A stretch of DNA of 20,000 nt from an uncultured virus (IMG/VR IMGVR_UViG_3300033066_000598) (Duplodnaviria > Heunggongvirae > Uroviricota > Caudoviricetes): IMG/VR virus record IMGVR_UViG_3300033066_000598. One strand, 5' to 3'. The notes under the pieces were generated by a model. It saw nothing but the letters and a program-made list of their open reading frames with translations, was not told the origin of the DNA and did not search any database. The first letter of the stretch is position 1. The number at the start of each line of letters is the position of its first letter. A program made the translations under genes and the position numbers. This document shows positions 1-5,680 of this stretch, one piece after another.

Positions 1-41
1 TAGCGACTCGCCGGTTGGACGCCGGCAACGCCACAGTGACT

Positions 42-79
42 ACCCGGAGCATCGCGCCCGCGTTTGCTCCGGGTTTTTT
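42..79 (+). terminator. Intrinsic terminator, probably after the upstream gene (likely major capsid; TAG at 1-3)
   Basis: ACCCGGAGCA (42-51) pairs with TGCTCCGGGT (65-74), followed by a T-run to 79. The identity of the upstream gene is inferred from synteny only. Confidence 0.8.
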
Positions 80-103
80 CTCACCCCACAAGGACAACTG
101 AAC

Positions 104-730
104 ATGGCTTTGACAGAAGCGCAGAAAGCAGCGAAGGCGAAGGCCTCTGCTGCCGCCCGAAAGGCAGCGAAGAAGACTACTCCCACCGCCACCGACACCG
201 CTGCCCCTGCAGCAGCTGTCGCAGCACCCACCATCGACCAGTCGAAGAAGATTGCCGGCGCCGCGCAATCCACCGTCTTCGTCGTCTCCAGGATCGAACG
301 CGGAATCTACCTGCAGCTCTTTGCGCCCGTCACGCAGCAGCGTCGACTGCTCGGCGGCGGCATGGACAAGGAAGTCGTGCAGATGCGCCAGCCGCAGCAG
401 TATCGCATCAAGCCGACGCTGCTCGGGCCCGGCCTCATTCCGAACTATCCGATTATCGACGGCTTCTCGATCACGAAGGACATTCCCTCGCAGTTCTGGC
501 GCGAGTGGGTCGAGCAGAACAAGAATTTCGAGCCCTACACCATGGGCCTCATTCGCGCGTTCGACACCGAAGCCGACGCGATGGCTTATGCCCGCGAGTA
601 CGTGGGCCTGCGCACCGGCCGCGAGGCGCTCGCGCAGGACAAGGATCCTCGCATTCAGACGTCGAACAACGCGAACGTCTCGGATGTGGAGATCGACAGC
701 GAAACGCCGCGGCCGAAAACCGCAGCCTGA
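104..730 (+). CDS. Conserved phage head-region protein (gene preceding the DUF4054-like adaptor), 208 aa
   Basis: AAGGA RBS about 10 nt upstream. Ala/Lys-rich N-terminal tail, then a core 'TVFVVSRIERGIYLQLF...IIDGFSITKDIPSQFWREWVEQN...GLI' recalled from genes between capsid and adaptor in Bcep781-like phages. Confidence 0.75.
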   Translation: MALTEAQKAAKAKASAAARKAAKKTTPTATDTAAPAAAVAAPTIDQSKKIAGAAQSTVFVVSRIERGIYLQLFAPVTQQRRLLGGGMDKEVVQMRQPQQYRIKPTLLGPGLIPNYPIIDGFSITKDIPSQFWREWVEQNKNFEPYTMGLIRAFDTEADAMAYAREYVGLRTGREALAQDKDPRIQTSNNANVSDVEIDSETPRPKTAA

Positions 731-745
731 TAGCGAGGGCCTGCA

Positions 746-1267
746 ATGGCAATCAATCCGATCATCTGTGCGGGTGCACCGGGCGGCGCGATCGCCGCTT
801 GGTCGCAGAGTGCGTTTCTCGAAACGTACCCGAATTTCCGCGCGGTGCCGGAGCCGACATTGCAGTCCCAATTCAACATCGCCACGATCTACCTGCGCAA
901 CGACGGCACGAGTCCCATTCGTGCCGTCGCTGTGCAAACGACGCTGCTCTACATGCTGACGGCACACCTGCTGCAGCTCACGTTCGGCCCGAACGGCGAA
1001 GGCGCGATCGCCGGCGGTTCGGCGCCCGGCCTGGTCGGCCGCATCTCATCTGCCAGCGAAGGTTCGGTGTCGGTGTCGACCGACTATCCGGAGAACCCGA
1101 ACGCGGCATGGTTCACACAGACACCTTACGGCGCTGCCTTCTGGCAAGCGACCGCCAACTTCCGCCGCGCGTATTACCGTCCGGGCCCGACGCGGTTCGG
1201 AACAGGAATCGGCAACGGGACGTTGGGCGGGGGTTACGGACTTTTCCCAGGAAGGAGATCGCGATGA
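746..1267 (+). CDS. Head-tail adaptor (neck 1), DUF4054-like, 173 aa
   Basis: Motifs 'FLETYPNF', 'LLYMLTAHLLQL', 'VGRISSASEGSVSVS', 'WFTQTPYGAAFWQAT' are typical of DUF4054 proteins; position fits. Confidence 0.9.
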   Translation: MAINPIICAGAPGGAIAAWSQSAFLETYPNFRAVPEPTLQSQFNIATIYLRNDGTSPIRAVAVQTTLLYMLTAHLLQLTFGPNGEGAIAGGSAPGLVGRISSASEGSVSVSTDYPENPNAAWFTQTPYGAAFWQATANFRRAYYRPGPTRFGTGIGNGTLGGGYGLFPGRRSR

Positions 1268-1632
1268 GCGATGAGCGCAAGAACGTCACGGTTATCTGCA
1301 ACCACGCCAGCGGCCTGCAGCTGCGGCTCTACAAGAACCACCACACCGGCGACGCCATGGGCAAGATGCCCGACCCGAAGCAGGACACGGTGCAGCTGAA
1401 GGGCGGCTCCAACCAGGTCGACGCGGGCTTTCTCAGCGCGTGGCTCGACGAGAACGAAGGCAACGACCTGCTGCTGAACGGCACCATCACGATTGTGGAG
1501 CCGAAGGAGAAGGGCGAGCACGACGGCGAGCCGGGCAAAGACAACGTCGTCGAGCGACCGGACAACGAGTCGAGCGTCGACGCGCCGGCGCCCGACACTG
1601 AGGCGAAGGAAGAAAAGCCGGCTGACGCGTAA
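1264..1632 (+). CDS. Hypothetical protein, apparent paralogue of 104..730, with acidic tail, 122 aa
   Basis: ATGA overlap with the previous stop; AAGGAG RBS. It is the 3' end of track ORF 64..1632 (MSDERKNVTV...). Ungapped motif match to 104..730. Confidence 0.8.
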   Translation: MSDERKNVTVICNHASGLQLRLYKNHHTGDAMGKMPDPKQDTVQLKGGSNQVDAGFLSAWLDENEGNDLLLNGTITIVEPKEKGEHDGEPGKDNVVERPDNESSVDAPAPDTEAKEEKPADA

Positions 1633-1667
1633 GCCGCACACGCAACACCAAACGAGAGGGGAGAACC

Positions 1668-2105
1668 ATGGATCTCGACGCACGCATGCGGGAGCTCAAA
1701 ACGCTGAAGGACAGACTCGAGGGCCTGTTCGACGGCGGAGCTCTCCGCAAACTGGAAGCGCTCGCCGCGAAGTTCGACGGCGGGCTGCTTGAACGACTCG
1801 AGGCCGCGCTCGCGCGCTTCGATGGCGACGACGCCGGCGCCGGCGCGGCCCTGGTCGACGACGTCAAGAAGCACGTCGACGAAATCGCCGAGACGGTCAC
1901 CGGCATTCAGCAGCAGCTCGACGCGATCGGGCCGAAGTTGAACGCGGTCGAAAAGCTGGCTGACCCGGCCGTGCTCGAAATGCTCGATTGGCTGGCCCGG
2001 AACCGGGAGGCGATCGACGTGCTCCTGACGCTCGGGGAGACGGTCGACGACGAGGCCACTACCGACGCCGCCGAGAAGCCCGCGGACGAACAGGCGGGCT
2101 CCTAA
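1668..2105 (+). CDS. Hypothetical helical/coiled-coil protein, 145 aa
   Basis: GAGGGGAG RBS; amphipathic Leu-rich helices; 15-aa FDGG repeats; acidic C-terminus. Confidence 0.75.
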   Translation: MDLDARMRELKTLKDRLEGLFDGGALRKLEALAAKFDGGLLERLEAALARFDGDDAGAGAALVDDVKKHVDEIAETVTGIQQQLDAIGPKLNAVEKLADPAVLEMLDWLARNREAIDVLLTLGETVDDEATTDAAEKPADEQAGS

Positions 2106-2123
2106 AGCCCGGGAAACGACCAT

Positions 2124-2159
2124 TTGGCGCCGGCCGGGGCTCTCCCCGGCCTGTGCCAA
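2124..2159. other. Long GC-rich stem-loop
   Basis: TTGGCGC-C-GGCCGGGG-CTCT-CCCCGGCC-T-GTGCCAA: 15 bp with one G-U pair and a 1x1 mismatch; no U-tract. Confidence 0.7.
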
Positions 2160-2183
2160 GTGGGGTTAACCCCGGTTTGGGGT

Positions 2184-2233
2184 GAACGGGAACCGAACGG
2201 CACCGGAACAAACGGAGAGTTCCGGGTTGGTTC
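2184..2233. promoter_or_regulatory. Cluster of putative alphaproteobacterial LexA (SOS) boxes: GAAC-N7-GAAC-N7-GAAC and GTTC-N7-GTTC
   Basis: GAAC at 2184, 2195 and 2206 (exact 7-nt spacers) and GTTC at 2219 and 2230 (7-nt spacer). This matches the GTTC-N7-GTTC direct-repeat consensus of alphaproteobacterial LexA. Confidence 0.55.
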
Positions 2234-2256
2234 GTTCGTGGGGCGGGGGTCAGGCA

Positions 2257-2481
2257 ATGCGCGGTTCCCATGCCCCGGGCCTGCAGCAACTCCTGCACCG
2301 GCTTGGCCTGATCCCTGCCGACACCGAATTCAATCGCCGCGCCAAGGCCTATGCCGAAGGCGCGCGCAATCTCGCGAACGCGCACGCCTCCAACGCGCGC
2401 AAGAAGGCGAGGCGCAATGGCAACGATCAAGGGCGGCCACAAGCTGCAGCAGTATCTGGCGAAGCTGGCGGCGAAGCTTGA
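2257..2481 (+). CDS. Putative small basic protein (MRGSHAPGLQQLLHRLGLIPAD...), 74 aa
   Basis: ATG at 2257 with a weak GGGGGT RBS fills an otherwise empty 300-nt gap. It overlaps the next gene by 65 nt, which lowers confidence. Confidence 0.4.
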   Translation: MRGSHAPGLQQLLHRLGLIPADTEFNRRAKAYAEGARNLANAHASNARKKARRNGNDQGRPQAAAVSGEAGGEA

Positions 2482-2941
2482 CCAGCCCGGCACGTTGCGA
2501 GTCGGCTGGCTGGAAAACGCCACGGCGCCGAACGGCGACAATCTAGGCCTGCGCGCCTTCCGTCTCGAATTCGGCACGAGCAAAATGCCGCCGCGGCCGT
2601 TCTTCCGCAACATGATCGCGGCGAAGGCGAAGGAATGGCCGGCCGCGCTCGCGCTGAACCTGAAGCAGACCGACTACAACGTGAAGCTCACGCTGGAACG
2701 CGCCGGCGAGGGCATCAAGGGCCAGCTGAAGGAAAGCATTATCGACCTTTGGGCGCCGCCGCTGGCGGAGTCCACGATCAAGCGCAAGGGATTCGAGAAG
2801 CCGCTGATCGAACACGGCGACATGCTGAACGCGGTCGCGTGGGAAGTGAACATGGGCGGCAAGGTCACCTTGTCGGCCGCAGGTCCGGGCGCCGCAAGCC
2901 TTGCGAGCGCTGCGAAAGTAGCCGTCAAACCGAAACCTTAA
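2417..2941 (+). CDS. Neck / tail-completion protein (HK97 gp10-like virion morphogenesis family), 174 aa
   Basis: 'LRVGWLENAT', 'EFGTSKMPPRPFFRNMI', 'PPLAESTIKRKGFEKPLIEHGDMLNAV' are characteristic motifs. GAGG RBS before ATG 2417. Confidence 0.85.
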   Translation: MATIKGGHKLQQYLAKLAAKLDQPGTLRVGWLENATAPNGDNLGLRAFRLEFGTSKMPPRPFFRNMIAAKAKEWPAALALNLKQTDYNVKLTLERAGEGIKGQLKESIIDLWAPPLAESTIKRKGFEKPLIEHGDMLNAVAWEVNMGGKVTLSAAGPGAASLASAAKVAVKPKP

Positions 2942-2956
2942 CCAGGAGCGACACCG

Positions 2957-3649
2957 ATGTTTAAGACCTTCTTCGACAACTTCCGCCGGCTCGAGGCGCC
3001 GCAGCTGCACCCCGCGATGGTGCTGCGCTTCCGCTTGCTGGATCTGCTGTGCGCATTGCTCCTGCTGTGCACGGTGCTCGCGCTGCTCGCCACGCCGGCG
3101 CGCGCGCAGAGCGCCAGCACCATCTTCCTCACCGATCGCAACGGCCAGATTGCCTTCCCGTTCACGCCGCCGAACCGCGCCACCGGCGGGCCGGCGAATA
3201 TCAACAACACCGCGATCGGTCAGACCACGCCGAAGAACGGCAAGTTCCTCGTGCTGGAAGCGACAACGTCGTTCAAATCGCCCGACGGCGTGACGTGCGC
3301 GACCTATGCGCCGAGCGGCACGCCGGCGGCGACCGACGCCGTCTTCTTCATTGCGACGCGCGCCTACAACATCGTCAGCATCTCCGCGGTGTTCTCTGTC
3401 ACCGCCGGCGGCGCTTCCAAGCTGCAGGTGACGAAAGACACCGCCACCGACGCGCCCGGTGCCGGAACCGACATCCTGACCAACAACACCAACACCGGCT
3501 TCGACCTGGCGCTGACCGCGAACACGGTGCAGGTCGGCACGTTCGCTGCCACGTCGCTTGCGGCCGGCGATCGCCTTGCCGTCGACTACGCGCAGGCCAT
3601 CCAAAACACCGCCGGCCTCGTCGTCACGGCCTGCCTGTCGCCGCAGTAG
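2957..3649 (+). CDS. Signal-peptide-bearing beta-rich protein, possible head/neck decoration or fibre, 230 aa
   Basis: AGGAG RBS. Hydrophobic h-region LLCALLLLCTVLALLA followed by PARA|Q. Fibre-like motif 'INNTAIGQTTPKNGKF', then a beta-strand-rich C-terminal domain. Function is inferred. Confidence 0.7.
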   Translation: MFKTFFDNFRRLEAPQLHPAMVLRFRLLDLLCALLLLCTVLALLATPARAQSASTIFLTDRNGQIAFPFTPPNRATGGPANINNTAIGQTTPKNGKFLVLEATTSFKSPDGVTCATYAPSGTPAATDAVFFIATRAYNIVSISAVFSVTAGGASKLQVTKDTATDAPGAGTDILTNNTNTGFDLALTANTVQVGTFAATSLAAGDRLAVDYAQAIQNTAGLVVTACLSPQ

Positions 3650-3707
3650 CCCATCGCCTTCCCGCGGGCGCTGGTGTAAAAGCTGGCGCTCGCATGGAGG
3701 GAAGTCG

Positions 3708-4178
3708 ATGCAACAGGTCAAGAAGTACCGGGTTCGGCGAGGCAACAACGCAAGGGCGGTGCCGGCGCAGGCGCAGACGCCGGTGCCAATTCCGATGGAG
3801 CTCGAAATCGCCGCGCTCGACGACTGCGGGCCGCTGACCAGGCGCGCGATTTGTGAAAGCCCGCTGCCGACGCTGGCCTGTTCGATCATCTCGCAAATTG
3901 TCGAGCTCAACGACAAGATCGAGGCCGAAAACAAAAAACGCGAGCCGCTTGGTCTTCCGCTGCGGCTGTACGTCGACCCGAAGCATCCGGATCTCGATCG
4001 GCTCCTTGCGCTCGGTGTCATCGAGAACAACGCGAAGATTATCGCCGGCGACGTCGAGCTCGGCGACCGCGCACTCGAATGGGCGAAGATGGGTATCAAG
4101 CCGCTGATCGCGCGACCGTCGGCGAAGACCGCGCGCGAACGCCGCAAGACCGAAGGCAGGAGATTCCGCGGATGGTGA
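3708..4178 (+). CDS. Hypothetical protein with basic termini, 156 aa
   Basis: GGAGG RBS at 3696-3700 and ATG 3708 (MQQVKKYRV...); its stop overlaps the start of the next gene. Confidence 0.7.
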   Translation: MQQVKKYRVRRGNNARAVPAQAQTPVPIPMELEIAALDDCGPLTRRAICESPLPTLACSIISQIVELNDKIEAENKKREPLGLPLRLYVDPKHPDLDRLLALGVIENNAKIIAGDVELGDRALEWAKMGIKPLIARPSAKTARERRKTEGRRFRGW

Positions 4179-4579
4179 ACCTTCGGCGCGTCGCCAACTC
4201 AGTCACGACGGCGATCAACCCGAACGTCGTGTGCGAGCACTGGCGCTCTACAGGATCCGCCACGACGGACAGCTTCAAGCGCGAGCCTACCTACGCGAAG
4301 GCGCCGATCGCCGTGCAGGTGCAGGCGATGGACGACGAAGACCTGAAGCAGATGGACAGCCTCAACATCCAGGGCGTCCACCGCAAGATTTTTGCCAACC
4401 GGCAGGTTGCGGCCGCCATCCGCGTCGCGGAGAAGGGCGGCGACCTTCTGGTGTTCGAAGCCGGCGTGCTGCCCGAAGGCACGACATGGCTGGTGACGCA
4501 CATGCTTGAACGATGGCCGAATTGGGATACGTTCGCGATCACTCTGCAGAACGATAACTTCGAGGCCTTCAAATGCTGA
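4172..4579 (+). CDS. Head-closure / head-tail joining protein (neck 2), 135 aa
   Basis: AGGAG RBS. 'NLRRVANSVTTAINPN', 'VQVQAM..EDLKQMDSLNIQGV', 'KGGDLLVF', 'WLVTHMLERWPNW' match the head-closure family of Bcep781/AP22-like myophages. Confidence 0.85.
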   Translation: MVNLRRVANSVTTAINPNVVCEHWRSTGSATTDSFKREPTYAKAPIAVQVQAMDDEDLKQMDSLNIQGVHRKIFANRQVAAAIRVAEKGGDLLVFEAGVLPEGTTWLVTHMLERWPNWDTFAITLQNDNFEAFKC

Positions 4580-4833
4580 AACTCTTCAACAACCGCGCGC
4601 GCGCGTCGCTGCTCAACCAGAACGCCGACGCTGGCGTCAACGCCAAGAAAGCGCACTCGACATCGATCCGCGCGAAAGTCATTCGCTCCGACGGCACGGT
4701 CGAACCGGAGCGGCTTGTCTCCTACGGCCACCGCAACGTCTTCATCCACATGACGCTCGCGCCGCTGGCCTATCTCAACGGCGCGTTCTGGAATTGGTAC
4801 TACACCCGAAAAAACCGGAGAACGACGACATGA
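4573..4833 (+). CDS. Small hypothetical protein (KVIRSDGTVE motif), 86 aa
   Basis: GAGG RBS; translational coupling at both ends; motif recalled from phage structural regions. Confidence 0.65.
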   Translation: MLKLFNNRARASLLNQNADAGVNAKKAHSTSIRAKVIRSDGTVEPERLVSYGHRNVFIHMTLAPLAYLNGAFWNWYYTRKNRRTTT

Positions 4834-5213
4834 CGAACTTCCGCTTTAAGGCCGACCTTGTTCTTGCCGCCGCAAATGCGGAAGACCTTCTGTCGATGAT
4901 TGCCGGCCACCTGGGCGACACTGCGCGCCATCTCGGCAACGGCATCGCCATTTCCGACGCGTGCAAGCATTTCTCGATCGAGGAGACCAAGGCCGACGCC
5001 GTCGAGCTCGACGACCACATTCTTGCGGCCAACGGGCCGGCAGCGCTGGATCTCGACCCGAAGTCGCCGGCCGGCGTCGCCTACGCCGAGCAGCTGCAGC
5101 GCGAGAAAACCGAACGCGAAACGATGGCGGCCGCGCGTGCCAACGAGGGCAAGAGCGACGCCGAGATCATGGCGGAGTTTTCCGCCAAAGAGCAGGCTGC
5201 GCTGAACGGCTGA
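4830..5213 (+). CDS. Hypothetical acidic helical protein, 127 aa
   Basis: GGAG RBS; ATGA overlap with the previous stop (MTNFRFKADL...); followed by a terminator. Confidence 0.7.
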   Translation: MTNFRFKADLVLAAANAEDLLSMIAGHLGDTARHLGNGIAISDACKHFSIEETKADAVELDDHILAANGPAALDLDPKSPAGVAYAEQLQREKTERETMAAARANEGKSDAEIMAEFSAKEQAALNG

Positions 5214-5237
5214 AGCCAAAGCGAATCCGCAAACCCG

Positions 5238-5268
5238 GCCGGGGCTCTTTCGAGCTCCGGCTTTTTTT
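5238..5268 (+). terminator. Intrinsic terminator inside the morphogenesis operon
   Basis: GCCGGGGCTC-TTTC-GAGCTCCGGC (10-bp stem, one G-U pair) followed by T7. Confidence 0.85.
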
Positions 5269-5289
5269 GTTTCTCAACAGGAGACCAAG

Positions 5290-5673
5290 ATGACCGCTCG
5301 CGTCCAAAACAACGGGCTCGCCCGCATCACCACCGCGCTTATCGCGCTGAACTGGTATCTGCAGTGGGGCACCGGCACCGGCGCCGCGGCGTCCGCAAAC
5401 GTCGTCACCACGACCAGCACGACGGAGGCTCGCACGCTCGCGACCACGACTCAGCAGACGACCACCGTCACCAACGACACCATGCGCAACGTCGGCACCA
5501 TCACCGAATTGTCGGCCGGGCCCGTTGCCATTACGGAGGTCGGCGTGTTTGATGCGGCCGGCTCCGGCTCGCCGCCGACCGGTGGCAACATGGATCTGTA
5601 CGGCGACTTCTCGGCGATCAACGTGTCGAGCGGAGACTCCATCCAGTTCACGATCAACACCAAGTTCACCTAA
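5290..5673 (+). CDS. Virion structural protein resembling a fibre collar/attachment domain (DUF3751-like), 127 aa
   Basis: AGGAG RBS. 'NNGLARIT...LQWGTG...AITEVGVFDAA...FSAINVSSGDSIQFT' resembles the N-terminal attachment domain of P2 gpH-type fibres (recall, unverified). Confidence 0.6.
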   Translation: MTARVQNNGLARITTALIALNWYLQWGTGTGAAASANVVTTTSTTEARTLATTTQQTTTVTNDTMRNVGTITELSAGPVAITEVGVFDAAGSGSPPTGGNMDLYGDFSAINVSSGDSIQFTINTKFT

Positions 5674-5680
5674 GCAGCCG

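Noticed and set aside
64..1632. 522-aa + strand ORF in the track
   Set aside because: It is an Arg/His-rich shadow frame overlapping two convincing genes. Only the last 122 codons (from ATG 1264, with RBS) look real.
2124..2159. Hairpin as an intrinsic terminator
   Set aside because: There is no U-tract on either strand, so it is kept only as a structural element.
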